Assembly (NCBI GenBank): GCA_026415775.1
Contig: JAOAGL010000001.1
Coordinates: 334,233-398,232 of the forward strand
Direction: 5' to 3'
DNA length: 64,000 nt
Source of the DNA: Patescibacteria group bacterium
GTDB taxonomy: Bacteria; Patescibacteriota; Minisyncoccia; UBA6257; JAAZHW01
In this document: one piece after another, positions 1-10,445 of the stretch
Layout of the letters: the number at the start of each line of letters is the position of its first letter
Numbering within the stretch: position 1 is the first letter of the stretch
The notes under the pieces: model-generated
What the model was told of the DNA's origin: nothing
The model's database searches: none
The model's input: the letters and a program-made list of their open reading frames with translations, nothing else
Program-made: the position numbers and the translations under genes

Positions 1-177
1 TGGGGGTGTATGCCGCTTCAAACATTGCGCGCTGATATTGATTACGCTGAAGCCACCGCTTTTTGTACTTACGGGACAATAGGTATTAAAGTTTGGATAT
101 ATAAAGGCGAGGTGTTTTTAAAAGATAAAAAGAAAGGAAAAACAAATGAAGTCGAAATTAAATCTGAAAACAAATAA
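1..177 (+). CDS. rpsC: 30S ribosomal protein S3, 3' end (partial)
   Basis: Frame 1 reads [12 protein letters not shown]...[15 protein letters not shown], the uS3 C-terminal signature; TAA at 175-177; precedes rplP. Confidence 0.95.
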   Translation, partial: WGCMPLQTLRADIDYAEATAFCTYGTIGIKVWIYKGEVFLKDKKKGKTNEVEIKSENK

Positions 178-182
178 GGAAT

Positions 183-596
183 ATGTTGATGCCTAAAAAA
201 ATGAAACATCGAAAAGCGCAGAAGGGCAGATCTCGCACTAGAAAAATTGATACGCGGGGTACTTTTTTAGTGTTCGGTTCTTATGGTCTGCAGGCTTTAG
301 AAAATATTTGGTTAACCGCTAGACAAATTGAGGCAGGAAGAAAGGCAATCGCAGGATATCTAAAAAAAGGAGGTAAAATTTGGTTAAGAGTTTTCCCTGA
401 TAAGCCAATTACTAAAAGACCGCCAGAGGTAACAATGGGTGGTGGAAAAGGAGATTTAGATCATTTCGCTTTTCCTTTAAAATCAGGTCGAATTATTTAT
501 GAGATTGATGGTGTCAGCGAAGAAATAGCAATTGAGGCTTTAAGAAGGGCCGCTTCGAAAATGCCGGTTAAAACCAAGATAGTTAAAAAGGATTAA
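183..596 (+). CDS. rplP: 50S ribosomal protein L16
   Basis: LMPKKMKHRK, QIEAGRKA, RVFPDKPIT, MGGGKG motifs; operon order. Confidence 0.98.
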   Translation: MLMPKKMKHRKAQKGRSRTRKIDTRGTFLVFGSYGLQALENIWLTARQIEAGRKAIAGYLKKGGKIWLRVFPDKPITKRPPEVTMGGGKGDLDHFAFPLKSGRIIYEIDGVSEEIAIEALRRAASKMPVKTKIVKKD

Positions 597-611
597 TAAA
601 AATAAAAGCCT

Positions 612-812
612 ATGATAAAATTTGAAGAATTAAAAAAATTACCAAAAGCAGAATTGCAAAAACTTCTAGCAGAAAACCAAAATCGACTAAAAGACTTGCG
701 TTTTAATTTGTCTTTCGGTAAAGTAAAAGATATAAGCGCAATTAAAAAAACAAAAAAATTAATTGCCCAAATTTTAACTATTTTAAATCAAAATCATGAT
801 AAAGAAAAATAA
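612..812 (+). CDS. rpmC: 50S ribosomal protein L29
   Basis: 66 aa, LRF...[13 protein letters not shown]; between rplP and rpsQ. Confidence 0.93.
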   Translation: MIKFEELKKLPKAELQKLLAENQNRLKDLRFNLSFGKVKDISAIKKTKKLIAQILTILNQNHDKEK

Positions 813-1137
813 AACTATTAAAAGAAAATTAGAAGGAGTGGTTGTTTCTGATAAGATGAATAAAACGATTGTGGTAAAAGTCGAAAGTTTCAAAAGACAT
901 CCTCTTTATCATAAAATAATGAGGGTTTCTAAGCGTTTTAAGGCGCATGATGAAAAGAATGAATGTAAAGTAGGTGATGTTGTTGTAATTGAACAAACTA
1001 GGCCTTTGTCAAAAGAAAAAAGATGGAAGGTGGCGCAAATTATTAAAAGAGCTGATATAAATAATGAAATTGATAATGTTGTTGAAGAGAGCGAAGAAGA
1101 AAAAAAGTCGATGTCAAATATTGAAGAACAAGAATAA
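796..1137 (+). CDS. rpsQ: 30S ribosomal protein S17 with acidic C-terminal tail
   Basis: [29 protein letters not shown]. Confidence 0.97.
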   Translation: MIKKNKTIKRKLEGVVVSDKMNKTIVVKVESFKRHPLYHKIMRVSKRFKAHDEKNECKVGDVVVIEQTRPLSKEKRWKVAQIIKRADINNEIDNVVEESEEEKKSMSNIEEQE

Positions 1138-1142
1138 AAATT

Positions 1143-1511
1143 ATGATTCAGCCCAGAAGCATGTTAAAAGTAGCAGATAATAGTGGCGCAAAAATTGTGC
1201 AGTGTTTTAAAGTTTTAGGTGGCTCCAAAAGAAGATATGCGCAAATAGGTGATATTATAATTGCTTCAGTCAAAGTTGCTCAACCGAGAAAAAGTGTAGC
1301 CAAAAAAGATGTTGTGCGTTGTCTAATTATTAGACAGAGAAAGCCTTATCGTCGAGAAGACGGTTCTTATATTCGTTTTGATGATAACGCTGTAGTTTTA
1401 TTGGATAATAAGAATCAACCTCGAGGTACAAGAATTTTTGGTCCGATTCCACGCGAAATAAAACAAAAAGAATTTGAGGAGGTCGCTTCATTAGCTATTG
1501 AAATTTTATAA
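1143..1511 (+). CDS. rplN: 50S ribosomal protein L14
   Basis: MIQ...[22 protein letters not shown]. Confidence 0.99.
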   Translation: MIQPRSMLKVADNSGAKIVQCFKVLGGSKRRYAQIGDIIIASVKVAQPRKSVAKKDVVRCLIIRQRKPYRREDGSYIRFDDNAVVLLDNKNQPRGTRIFGPIPREIKQKEFEEVASLAIEIL

Positions 1512-1512
1512 T

Positions 1513-1845
1513 ATGGCACAGAAGAATCAGGAGAAAAAATTAAAATTTAAAAAAGGAGATGAAGTAATTATGTTAATTGGAAAAGATAGAGGTAAAAAAG
1601 GGAAAATTATCAAAGTTTTACCTCACGCTAATAAGGTGGTGGTTGAAGGATTAAATTTGATTAAAAAACATCTGCGTCCAAAAAGACAAGGAGAAAAGGG
1701 TGAAATTGTTTCTTTGCCGCGTCCTGTTAATGCTTCAAATGTGGCTTTATGGTGTTCAAGCTGCGGCAAGGGCGTTAGGGTCGGTTATCGTTTTGAAGGC
1801 GATAAAAAAATAAGAATTTGTAAAAAATGCCAACAATTAATTTAA
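1513..1845 (+). CDS. rplX: 50S ribosomal protein L24
   Basis: KKGDEV..GKDRGKKG KOW motif; ATG at 1513 preferred over the upstream TTG. Confidence 0.96.
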   Translation: MAQKNQEKKLKFKKGDEVIMLIGKDRGKKGKIIKVLPHANKVVVEGLNLIKKHLRPKRQGEKGEIVSLPRPVNASNVALWCSSCGKGVRVGYRFEGDKKIRICKKCQQLI

Positions 1846-2390
1846 AAGAAAAATATAAAAAAGAAATTATTCCATCTCTTCAGAAAGAATTTAATTTGAA
1901 AAATATTTTTATGGCACCTTCAATTAAAAAGGTAGTTATTAATGCTGGGATAGGAAGATTAATTACAAATGCCGGTGGCAGTAAAAATGCAGAGGAATTA
2001 ATTAAAGCTATTAAACAAGATATTAGTTTAATTACCGGTCAGTGGCCCACCGAAACTAAAGCAAAAAAATCAATTTCTTCTTTTAAAGTAAGAGAAGGTC
2101 AAACTGTCGGTCTTAAAGTAACATTAAGAGGTCAAAAAATGTATGATTTTATAAGTCGATTAGTTAATATAGCTTTGCCGCGTATCAGAGATTTTAAGGG
2201 AATTCCTGAAAAAAATCTAGATCAATATGGCAATTTAAATATTGGTATTCCTGAGGCAACGATTTTCCCTGAGGTCACTAATAGTGTTTTAAAACATCCT
2301 TTTGGATTAGAAATAACTGTAGTTACTAATGATAAACATCGCGAAAGAGTCGTAAAATTATTAAAATTATTAGGATTTCCTCTAAAGTAA
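1827..2390 (+). CDS. rplE: 50S ribosomal protein L5
   Basis: [26 protein letters not shown]. Confidence 0.98.
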   Translation: MPTINLKEKYKKEIIPSLQKEFNLKNIFMAPSIKKVVINAGIGRLITNAGGSKNAEELIKAIKQDISLITGQWPTETKAKKSISSFKVREGQTVGLKVTLRGQKMYDFISRLVNIALPRIRDFKGIPEKNLDQYGNLNIGIPEATIFPEVTNSVLKHPFGLEITVVTNDKHRERVVKLLKLLGFPLK

Positions 2391-2391
2391 T

Positions 2392-2577
2392 ATGGCTAAA
2401 ACATCTGTTGTTGCTCGAGCAAAAAAGAAACCCAAATTTTCAACGCGAATTGTAAGGCGTTGTTTCAGATGTGGTCGCAAAAGAGGTTATATGAGAGATT
2501 TTGGATTGTGTCGTATCTGTTTCAGAGAATTAGCGCGAAAGGGCGAAATCCCCGGTATTAGAAAAGCGTCGTGGTAA
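2392..2577 (+). CDS. rpsN: 30S ribosomal protein S14, zinc-binding type Z
   Basis: 61 aa, RCxxCGR...[12 protein letters not shown]. Confidence 0.98.
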   Translation: MAKTSVVARAKKKPKFSTRIVRRCFRCGRKRGYMRDFGLCRICFRELARKGEIPGIRKASW

Positions 2578-2589
2578 TATAGAAATTTT

Positions 2590-2979
2590 ATGGATGTAAT
2601 ATCTGATTTTCTTATTCAAATTAAAAATGCAATAGCGGTTAAAAAGCCGTTTATTTCGACATCTTTTTCAAAAATGAAATATGAAATTGCCCAAATTTTA
2701 TTGAAAGAGAAATATGTTAATGATGTTAAAATTGTTGGTAAAATTCCTAAAAAGATGATAAAAATAGAATTGAAATATGATGACAATGGCGTCCCGGCAA
2801 TTCAGGAGATAAAAAGGATTAGCAAGCCCGGTTGCCGACGTTATATCAAGGCTAGCCAACTAAAGCCAGTGAAAGCCGGTTATGGTCGATATATTATTTC
2901 AACCCCCCGCGGTTTAATGACAAATGTGGAAGCTAAAAAGCAAAAATTAGGAGGGGAGTTGATTTGTGAAATTTTTTAA
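2590..2979 (+). CDS. rpsH: 30S ribosomal protein S8
   Basis: D.ISDFL.QIKNA, RISKPG.R.Y, ISTPRG, GGELIC. Confidence 0.97.
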   Translation: MDVISDFLIQIKNAIAVKKPFISTSFSKMKYEIAQILLKEKYVNDVKIVGKIPKKMIKIELKYDDNGVPAIQEIKRISKPGCRRYIKASQLKPVKAGYGRYIISTPRGLMTNVEAKKQKLGGELICEIF

Positions 2980-2988
2980 TTTCGATCT

Positions 2989-3537
2989 ATGTCTAAAATA
3001 GGCAAAAAATTAATTGAAATACCAGAAAAAGTTCAGATTGAAATAAAAGATTCCGAGGTTATTGTTAAGGGTCCCAAGGGAGAATTAAAAATTCCTGTTT
3101 TCCAAGGATTTAAATTACAATTAGAAGAGGGTTTCTTAAAAGTTATTCCTCCGGAAGACAACAAAAAGCGGACACCGGCCTTTTGGGGAACGTTGCGTGC
3201 TTTAATAGCCAACGCAGTTAAAGGTGTAATTGAGGGATATGAGAAAAAATTAGAAATTGAAGGCATTGGTTATCGTGCTAATGTCGAAGGAAAGTTTTTA
3301 GTTTTAAATCTCGGTTTTTCTCATCCGATTCGTTATGAAATTCCCGAAGGCATTCAGATTACAACCGAAAAGAATATTATTACGGTTTCGGGCACTGATA
3401 AACAATTAGTTGGCCAAGTTGCGGCTAAAATCAGATCCTTTAGAAAGCCCGAGCCATATAAAGGTAAGGGTATTCATTATCTCGGTGAATATATTCGTCG
3501 AAAAGCCGGTAAAAAAGCTACCGGAACTGCAGCTTAA
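2989..3537 (+). CDS. rplF: 50S ribosomal protein L6
   Basis: MSKIGK, VKGPKG, LGFSHP, PEPYKGKGI. Confidence 0.98.
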   Translation: MSKIGKKLIEIPEKVQIEIKDSEVIVKGPKGELKIPVFQGFKLQLEEGFLKVIPPEDNKKRTPAFWGTLRALIANAVKGVIEGYEKKLEIEGIGYRANVEGKFLVLNLGFSHPIRYEIPEGIQITTEKNIITVSGTDKQLVGQVAAKIRSFRKPEPYKGKGIHYLGEYIRRKAGKKATGTAA

Positions 3538-3548
3538 ATAAATAATTT

Positions 3549-3908
3549 ATGAGGCAAAAGATTAATAAAAAAGAAATCAGGATAAGAAGACATAAAAAAA
3601 TTCGAGCCAAAATTTTTGGTACTGCTACTAAACCGCGCGTATGCGTTTTTATTTCTAATCGACATTTATATGTTCAAGCAATCGATGATAATAAGGGAAA
3701 AACATTGGCAAGTGTTTCTGATTTTGAATTGAAAAAAGAGAAAAAAGAAAATAAAATTACTATATCTAAAAAATTAGGGTTGCTATTAGCAGAAAAGATT
3801 AAAAAATTAAAAATTCATAAAATCATTTTTGATAGGGGAGGATTTAAATACCATGGTCGAGTAAAAAACATCGCTGATGGTTTGAGAGAAGGCGGAATTA
3901 AATTTTAA
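3549..3908 (+). CDS. rplR: 50S ribosomal protein L18
   Basis: PR..VF.SN.H.Y.Q, FDRGGFKYHGRV. Confidence 0.97.
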   Translation: MRQKINKKEIRIRRHKKIRAKIFGTATKPRVCVFISNRHLYVQAIDDNKGKTLASVSDFELKKEKKENKITISKKLGLLLAEKIKKLKIHKIIFDRGGFKYHGRVKNIADGLREGGIKF

Positions 3909-3910
3909 TT

Positions 3911-4468
3911 ATGATAAAAGAAAAACCATATATAAACAATAAAAAAGAAATCAAATCAGAACGTCCCGAGAATCAATATGAAGAAAAACTTCTTGATTTA
4001 AGACGTGTTACTCGTGTTGTTGCTGGTGGTAAAAGATTCAGTTTCCGCGCCACATTAGTAGTGGGTGATAGAGCGGGGAAGGTTGGTATTGGAATTGCGA
4101 AGGGAAAAGATGTTAGTGAGGCAATTGCAAAGGCAAAAACCCAAGCCATTAAAAAAATAATTCGTGTGCCAATTATTAATGATACAATTCCCCATGAAGT
4201 AAAAGCAAAATATTGTGCAGCCCAAGTTGTTTTAAAACCAGCTCAAAGAGGTCATGGTATTGTGGCCGGAGGAGCAGTGCGGGCGGTATGTGAATTGGCT
4301 GGTATTAAAGATTTGAGCGCTAAAATTTTGAGCCGAACACCAAATAAATTAAGTAATGCTATGGCAACTCTAGCTGCTTTAAAAAAAATCAAACCAACTA
4401 TTTTAAAAGAGTTATTAACCAAACAACAAAAAAATGAGTCGGCATTAACGACTGAAGAAAATAAATAA
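3911..4468 (+). CDS. rpsE: 30S ribosomal protein S5
   Basis: RVTRVVAGGKRFSF, GIVAGGAVR; followed directly by rplO with no rpmD. Confidence 0.98.
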   Translation: MIKEKPYINNKKEIKSERPENQYEEKLLDLRRVTRVVAGGKRFSFRATLVVGDRAGKVGIGIAKGKDVSEAIAKAKTQAIKKIIRVPIINDTIPHEVKAKYCAAQVVLKPAQRGHGIVAGGAVRAVCELAGIKDLSAKILSRTPNKLSNAMATLAALKKIKPTILKELLTKQQKNESALTTEENK

Positions 4469-4470
4469 CT

Positions 4471-4890
4471 ATGCAACTTCACGAATTAAGAAAAGAGTAT
4501 AAAACGAAAAAAGAGAAAAGAGTAGGTCGTGGAGGTAAGCGGGGAACTTATTCGGGCCGCGGTTTAAAAGGCCAGAAAGCTCGCGCTGGCGCAAAGATTA
4601 GACCAGCGATTTACGATTTAATTATTAAAATTCCCAAAAAACGTGGAGTTAAAAATAAACCGCTTAACGAAAAACCAATAGCAATTAATCTAGATATTCT
4701 AAATAAATATTTTAAAGAAGGAGATGTTGTTTCGCCGCAAACATTATTCGAAAAGGGTTTGATTGAAAAGAAAAAAGGCAAGTTACCAAAAATTAAGATT
4801 TTGGGGAGAGGGGAATTAAAACATAAATTGATTTTTAAAAAATGTTATTTTTCTCAAGAGGCGTTTAAAAAAGTTAAGATTAAGAAATAA
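4471..4890 (+). CDS. rplO: 50S ribosomal protein L15
   Basis: RVGRGG..G.YSGRG.KGQKAR, KILGRG. Confidence 0.96.
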   Translation: MQLHELRKEYKTKKEKRVGRGGKRGTYSGRGLKGQKARAGAKIRPAIYDLIIKIPKKRGVKNKPLNEKPIAINLDILNKYFKEGDVVSPQTLFEKGLIEKKKGKLPKIKILGRGELKHKLIFKKCYFSQEAFKKVKIKK

Positions 4891-4892
4891 AT

Positions 4893-6176
4893 ATGGGAAT
4901 TGTTAGCAAAGCAATCCAATTATTTAAAATCAAAGATTTAAGAAAAAAAATCTTGATGGTGGTTTTAATTTTGGTTATTTTTCGCTTATTTGCTAGTTTG
5001 CCAATTCCTGGAATTGACCTTGAAAGATTAAGAGCAATTTTTGCTTCTAATCAACTGTTGGGTATTTTGAATATCTTTTCCGGCGGTACTTTAAGTAAGC
5101 TTTCTATTATGATGTTAGGTGTTGGTCCTTATATCACTGCCACTATTATAATGCAACTTTTAACAATGATTATCCCGCGATTAAAGGAGATTTATTACGA
5201 AGAGGGTGAAGCTGGAAGAAAAAAATTCAACCAATGGTCTCGTTATTTAACAGTGCCATTATGTATTCTCCAATCCTACGCCTTTTTAAATTTGTTAATT
5301 TCCCAGAATGTTATTTTACCGCTTTCGCCGTTGGAAATGGTCAGAAATATTTTGGTTATTACAGGGGGCTCAGTTTTTTTGATGTGGTTGGGTGAATTAA
5401 TTACCGAGTATAAAATTGGTAATGGAATTTCATTAATTATTTTCGCTGGTATTATTAGTGGTTGGCCAGCTAATTTCCGCTCAGCAATTTTGTCATATAC
5501 ACCATCAAACCTCCCAACTTATTTGATGTTTATTGTCGTAGCTTTAATTGTTGTCGCTGGGGTGGTTTATATTAATGAAGCTGAGCGTAAAGTGCCCGTG
5601 GCTTATGCTAAAAGGGTGCGAGGAAACAAAATGTATGGCGGCGTAACGAGTTATTTGCCTCTAAAAGTTAATCAAGCCGGTGTTATCCCAATTATTTTTG
5701 CTATTTCTATTTTGCTATTCCCGCAATTTATAGGACAAATTATCACAACAATTAAAACCCCTTGGGCTTTAAGTATTGGTAAATTTTTAATGGGATTATT
5801 AAATAACCATCTAATTTATTCGGCTTTATATTTTGTTTTAGTGGTGCTTTTTACTTATTTTTATACGATGGTCACTTTTGATCCCAAAGAAATTTCTAAC
5901 AATTTACAGAGAAATGGTGGTTTTATTCCGGGAATTAGACCTGGACAATCAACTGCCTCTTATATAAATTTTGTTCTAAATCGAATTACTTTTGTAGGAG
6001 CTTTATTTTTGGGTTTAATCGCTATTTTGCCCAACATTTTACAAAGCGTTACTGGTACTCAATTTTTGACTATTGGAGGCACTTCTATTTTAATCGTTGT
6101 ATCTGTGGCAATTGAGACTATAAAACAAATTGAGGCGCAATTAGTAATGCGCGAATACGAGGGCTTTTTGAGTTAA
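4893..6176 (+). CDS. secY: preprotein translocase subunit SecY
   Basis: LG.GPYITA, GNGISLIIF, LKVNQAGVIPIIFA, IPGIRPG, GGTSILIVV. Confidence 0.99.
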   Translation: MGIVSKAIQLFKIKDLRKKILMVVLILVIFRLFASLPIPGIDLERLRAIFASNQLLGILNIFSGGTLSKLSIMMLGVGPYITATIIMQLLTMIIPRLKEIYYEEGEAGRKKFNQWSRYLTVPLCILQSYAFLNLLISQNVILPLSPLEMVRNILVITGGSVFLMWLGELITEYKIGNGISLIIFAGIISGWPANFRSAILSYTPSNLPTYLMFIVVALIVVAGVVYINEAERKVPVAYAKRVRGNKMYGGVTSYLPLKVNQAGVIPIIFAISILLFPQFIGQIITTIKTPWALSIGKFLMGLLNNHLIYSALYFVLVVLFTYFYTMVTFDPKEISNNLQRNGGFIPGIRPGQSTASYINFVLNRITFVGALFLGLIAILPNILQSVTGTQFLTIGGTSILIVVSVAIETIKQIEAQLVMREYEGFLS

Positions 6177-6184
6177 TAGCCAAT

Positions 6185-6883
6185 ATGAAAAACCCTAAAA
6201 TTTTAATTTTTTATGGTCCGCCCGGTGCTGGAAAAGATACTCAAGCAAAAAGAGTGGCTTTTAAATCTGGTGCGCATATTGTTAGCTCCTCAAAACTAAT
6301 AGAAGAGAAAATTTTTGATCCCAACCTACAGAACGATCCTATTATTCAGCGTGAAAGAAAAAATTATGAAAGTGGAGCATTATGTACCCCTGAATGGGTT
6401 ACTGAAATAATTAATAATAAAGTTAAGGAACTATATCAAAAAAATATTTCTTTGATTTTCACTGGCTCTCCACGTACTTTATATGAGGCTGAAAACGAAA
6501 TTCCGTTTTGGGAATCAATTTATAATAAAGAAAATATTTTTGTTATTGTAATTAATTTAACCGATGAATCCTCTATTTTCCGCAATAGCCATCGTCGTAT
6601 TTGTGAGAAATGTGGTTATCCGGTAATTTATTCTTTCGAGACAGAGATGTGGCAGTTTTGTCCAATGTGCGGAGGAAAAATTGTTGATCGTGGCATTCTT
6701 GATAATCCAGAAACAATTAAAGTGAGATTGGTGGAATATCGCGAACGAACCAAACCGGTAATTGATTATTTCATTAATCGCGGTTATTCAATTATTGAAA
6801 TTGATGGAGAACCATTGCCTGATGTTGTTACTCAAAATATTTTTGAACAATTAAATAAAGTTAATTTTTTCAATAATGATTAA
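6185..6883 (+). CDS. adk: adenylate kinase family protein with Zn-lid
   Basis: P-loop GPPGAGKDTQ, G.PRT, lid CxxC...CxxC; after secY. Confidence 0.9.
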   Translation: MKNPKILIFYGPPGAGKDTQAKRVAFKSGAHIVSSSKLIEEKIFDPNLQNDPIIQRERKNYESGALCTPEWVTEIINNKVKELYQKNISLIFTGSPRTLYEAENEIPFWESIYNKENIFVIVINLTDESSIFRNSHRRICEKCGYPVIYSFETEMWQFCPMCGGKIVDRGILDNPETIKVRLVEYRERTKPVIDYFINRGYSIIEIDGEPLPDVVTQNIFEQLNKVNFFNND

Positions 6884-7634
6884 ATTAAAATCTAAAGAAG
6901 AAATTAAGATTTTAAGAGAGGGAGGACGTATTTTAGCACAAATTCTTTTTGAGGTGGCAAAAAAAGCGAAGCCGGGCGTAGCCACGAGGGAATTAGATTG
7001 GTTGGCGGAAAACTCCATTTTAAAATTTGGCGGCGAACCGGCTTTTAAAAATTATCAACCAGCTTTTAATCTTCGTCCCTTCCCCGCTTCTTTATGTGTT
7101 TCGGTAAACAATACCATTGTTCATGGCATCCCCGGTGATTATGTGTTGGTTAACGGCGATGTTGTCAAATTAGATTTGGGAATGAAATATGAGGGTTTGT
7201 ATACTGATATGGCTATTACTATTGGAGTAGGCAATATTTCTTCTCTGGCAAAAAAACTTATAAGAGTAACTAAAAAAGCTTTGAGTTTGGCAATAAAGAC
7301 AGCTCAATCCGGAGCGACGTTGGGAGATATTGGCTTTGCCATTCAGAATTATATTCGTTCCCAGGGTTTTTATGAGATTCAAACGCTAACAGGCCATGGC
7401 GTTGGTTATGCGCCACATGAGGAACCAGATGTGTTTAATTATGGTATACCAGGCAAAGGGATTAAATTAAAAGAAGGTATGGTAATTGCAATTGAGCCAA
7501 TGGTAGCGGTTGATTCCTCGGATGTTATTGAATTGCCTGACGGGAGTTTTGTGACAAAAACGGGTTGTTTGTCGGCTCATTTTGAGCATACTATTGCCAT
7601 TACCGAACGCGGTCCGTTGATTTTAACTAAATAA
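6876..7634 (+). CDS. map: methionine aminopeptidase type I
   Basis: SVN..VHGIP, DLG...YTDMA, GHGVG..HEEP, AIEPM, SAHFEHT. Confidence 0.98.
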   Translation: MIKLKSKEEIKILREGGRILAQILFEVAKKAKPGVATRELDWLAENSILKFGGEPAFKNYQPAFNLRPFPASLCVSVNNTIVHGIPGDYVLVNGDVVKLDLGMKYEGLYTDMAITIGVGNISSLAKKLIRVTKKALSLAIKTAQSGATLGDIGFAIQNYIRSQGFYEIQTLTGHGVGYAPHEEPDVFNYGIPGKGIKLKEGMVIAIEPMVAVDSSDVIELPDGSFVTKTGCLSAHFEHTIAITERGPLILTK

Positions 7635-7637
7635 ATT

Positions 7638-8072
7638 ATGGCAAATATTTTGGGAATTGATTACGGAACTAAGAGAATAGGTTTGGCAATTGCAGACGAA
7701 AGTTTAAAATTACCCCTACTTTTAAAACCGATTGAATATTCCGAGAATGAAGTCGAGGGTGTTTTTAAAAAAATTAAAAAAATTTGTGATGAAAATAAAA
7801 TTTCTCTTATTATTTTAGGGTTGCCCCTATCATTTAATTTTAAAGAAACACCAATTTGTGAAAAAATAAAAAAATTTGGAGAATTGTTAGAAAAATATAC
7901 CCAAAGAAAAGTGTTATATCAAAATGAAATTTTAACAACTGATGAGGCAATTAAAATTCAGGAAAGTTTTGACATAAAAAGAAAAAGAAAATATCGCAGT
8001 GGATCTAATTTAGACAGTCAATCAGCCGCTTTAATTTTAGAAAGTTATTTTATTTCCAGGGGGAAGCAATAA
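7638..8072 (+). CDS. ruvX: YqgF/RuvX pre-16S rRNA nuclease
   Basis: ILGIDYGTKRIGLAI, GLPL, E.LTT, DS.SAALILE. Confidence 0.93.
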   Translation: MANILGIDYGTKRIGLAIADESLKLPLLLKPIEYSENEVEGVFKKIKKICDENKISLIILGLPLSFNFKETPICEKIKKFGELLEKYTQRKVLYQNEILTTDEAIKIQESFDIKRKRKYRSGSNLDSQSAALILESYFISRGKQ

Positions 8073-8082
8073 ATAGTTGCAC

Positions 8083-8111
8083 TTGCAACTTTTTATTTTT
8101 TATGATATAAT
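8083..8111 (+). promoter_or_regulatory. sigma70 promoter TTGCAA-17-TATAAT with extended -10 and a palindrome over -35
   Basis: TTGCAA 8083-8088, TGaTATAAT 8103-8111. Confidence 0.7.
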
Positions 8112-8119
8112 TAAATTAT

Positions 8120-8572
8120 ATGAAGAAAACAACCATTTTTTTAATTATTTTGATAATTATTCTATTGGCTCTTTTGATCCTTATTTTGTATACGTATTAT
8201 TCAGATTACAAGCGAGCAAAGGAGAGTGTTTCAGATAAAATTTTAACTGCTCATCTTGAAGGATTTAAACCCGGTGTTACTATTGAGCGCAATATGAAGG
8301 GAGAAGAAAAAACGGTTTTTAAAAAGGGCGAGTGGTTAGGAATCGCTGGAACTATTCAAGCAAATCAGGATTCAGAATTAACTTTTAAAATTTTTGATTT
8401 AAATGAAAATTTAATTGCTTCTAACAATCAATGGAAAACAGATATTAAAAAAGGGCAGGGAGAATTTGGTATGTGTTGTGTAGAAATTCCAAGTGAAATA
8501 GGCCAATATAAAGTTAATTTATATTTAGATAATAATTTAATGGAAACCCTGAATTTTTCCGTTACCGAATAA
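8120..8572 (+). CDS. hypothetical membrane-anchored protein, beta-rich ectodomain
   Basis: N-terminal hydrophobic helix; C-terminal G.YKV.L pattern typical of Ig-like domains; own promoter and terminator. Confidence 0.7.
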   Translation: MKKTTIFLIILIIILLALLILILYTYYSDYKRAKESVSDKILTAHLEGFKPGVTIERNMKGEEKTVFKKGEWLGIAGTIQANQDSELTFKIFDLNENLIASNNQWKTDIKKGQGEFGMCCVEIPSEIGQYKVNLYLDNNLMETLNFSVTE

Positions 8573-8587
8573 ATCTTTTTTATTGAC

Positions 8588-8630
8588 TCAAAAAACCGCA
8601 TAGAATTAACTATGCGGTTTTTTGATTTTT
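8588..8630 (+). terminator. intrinsic terminator
   Basis: tcaaaaaaccgcatag / ctatgcggttttttga inverted repeat. Confidence 0.85.
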
Positions 8631-8679
8631 GTGTTATAATAATAAAGCAGGCAAATAGGTCAATTTTAAATATAAATTT

Positions 8680-9411
8680 ATGGCTAAACCATTTCTTTCA
8701 GTGATTATACCCGCTTATAATGAGGCGGAAAGAATACCAAAAACTCTTTTGGATATGGATAAATATCTTTCTCAGGCGGGTTTTTCTTATGAAATTATCG
8801 TTGTTAACGATGGATCAAAAGACAAAACGGCAGAAGTAGTCGAAAAAATGCGCCCACTAATTAAAAATTTAAAGTTGATTGATAACAAGTTTAATCAAGG
8901 AAAGGGAGGTGTTGTTGCTCAAGGCATGCTCGAAGCTAAAGGATTAATTCGTTTATTTGCTGATGCTGATAATTCAACACCGATTGAGCAAATAGAAAAA
9001 TTTTTTCCTTATTTTAAAGAAGGGTACGATGTTGTTATTGGTTCGCGGGCAATGAAAGATTCGCAATTAGCAGTGAAACAACCTTTTTATCGTCAGATTT
9101 TAGGAAGGTTGGGGAATTTAGTGATTAGATTGTTAGCCGTGCCAGCAATAAAAGATACTCAGTGCGGTTTTAAAGCATTTACTGAACAAGCAGCTGAAAA
9201 GATTTTTTCTCAATTAACAATTAAACGATGGGGGTTTGATGTAGAAGTTTTAGTAATTGCGAGGTTGTTGGGTTATCGCATTAAAGAAGTTGGTATTCGT
9301 TGGATAAATGACCCGCATTCTAAAGTTAAAGCCTCGGCTTTTTTGGAGGTTTTGACCGAGGTATTAAAAATTCGATTAAATATTTGGCGTAAAAAATATA
9401 AATTAAATTAA
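8680..9411 (+). CDS. GT2 glycosyltransferase, dolichyl-phosphate beta-glucosyltransferase-like
   Basis: SVIIPAYNE, VNDGSKD, NQGKG, FADAD, DTQCGFK, WGFDVE. Confidence 0.93.
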   Translation: MAKPFLSVIIPAYNEAERIPKTLLDMDKYLSQAGFSYEIIVVNDGSKDKTAEVVEKMRPLIKNLKLIDNKFNQGKGGVVAQGMLEAKGLIRLFADADNSTPIEQIEKFFPYFKEGYDVVIGSRAMKDSQLAVKQPFYRQILGRLGNLVIRLLAVPAIKDTQCGFKAFTEQAAEKIFSQLTIKRWGFDVEVLVIARLLGYRIKEVGIRWINDPHSKVKASAFLEVLTEVLKIRLNIWRKKYKLN

Positions 9412-9414
9412 TTT

Positions 9415-10443
9415 ATGAAAAAGAATAAGAATAATAATCATCTAGAATATATTTCTCAATTAAGGCAAAATCCCATTTCAAAAGATTGGATTACAATTGC
9501 CTCAGTTCGCGCCAAAAGGCCAGAGCAATTAATTATTAAAAAACCAAAAAGAATTATTACGCCGAAAAGCAAGTGTCCTTTTGAAAATCCCCAAAAATCG
9601 GGACATAAACCGCCGGAATTAATTAAATTCTTGCCTAATAAAAAAGAATGGTTTTTACAAATTTTTGAAAATAAATACCCAGCGTTTCAACCAACAGATG
9701 TATCAGTTTCTGAACAGAAAATCGGTCCATATAAGTTTATCAATGGTTATGGTTATCATGAATTATTAGTTTTAAAAGACCACTACAAACCCTTGGCGGA
9801 TTATAACACAAAAGAAATTTTTATTATTTTAAAAGCTTTGCAAGAGCGATATTGTGAAATTGCACAAGATAGGAAAATAAAATATATATCTATTTTTCAC
9901 AATTGGGGTCCAACGGCTGGCGCTTCGGTATATCATCCGCACCTTCAAATTATTGCTATACCAGTTATACCTCCCCACATTCAACATTCATTGAGCGGAA
10001 GCCATCGTTATTGGATTAAGAATCGCCATTGTGCGCATTGTGAAATTAATAAATTTGAGATTCAGAATAAAACACGCATGCTTGTTCAAAATAAACACGC
10101 AATTAGTTTTAGTCCTTTTGTTTCGCTGGAACCATTTGCTTTAAGAATTATTCCCGTAAAACATTTGCCATATTTTGAAGAGACGTCCAATAAGATTTTG
10201 ATGGGCATAGCGGAAATTTTGCGGAAAAGCCTCCAAATACTAAAAAATAAATTAAACGATCCGGATTATAATTTATTTATTCATACTGCACCCACAATCG
10301 AAAAAAGAAAATATCATTGTTATCACTGGCATATTGAAATTATTCCAAAAATTAATATTTCAGCCGGCTTTGAATTATCAACTGGAATTGAAATCACCAC
10401 TGTTGATCCAGATGAAGGTGTGAGATATTTAAAAGAAAAATAA
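9415..10443 (+). CDS. galT: galactose-1-phosphate uridylyltransferase family
   Basis: LRQ.P..W..IA..RAKRP, CPF, NKYPA, AGAS..HPH.Q, YHWHIEIIP, AGFE. Confidence 0.9.
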   Translation: MKKNKNNNHLEYISQLRQNPISKDWITIASVRAKRPEQLIIKKPKRIITPKSKCPFENPQKSGHKPPELIKFLPNKKEWFLQIFENKYPAFQPTDVSVSEQKIGPYKFINGYGYHELLVLKDHYKPLADYNTKEIFIILKALQERYCEIAQDRKIKYISIFHNWGPTAGASVYHPHLQIIAIPVIPPHIQHSLSGSHRYWIKNRHCAHCEINKFEIQNKTRMLVQNKHAISFSPFVSLEPFALRIIPVKHLPYFEETSNKILMGIAEILRKSLQILKNKLNDPDYNLFIHTAPTIEKRKYHCYHWHIEIIPKINISAGFELSTGIEITTVDPDEGVRYLKEK

Positions 10444-10445
10444 TT

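Noticed and set aside
4468-4471. Missing rpmD (uL30)
   Set aside because: Established CPR-wide loss; used only as a taxonomic clue.
7634-7638. Operon does not continue into infA-rpsM-rpsK-rpoA after map
   Set aside because: Ordinary rearrangement; the genes are probably elsewhere.
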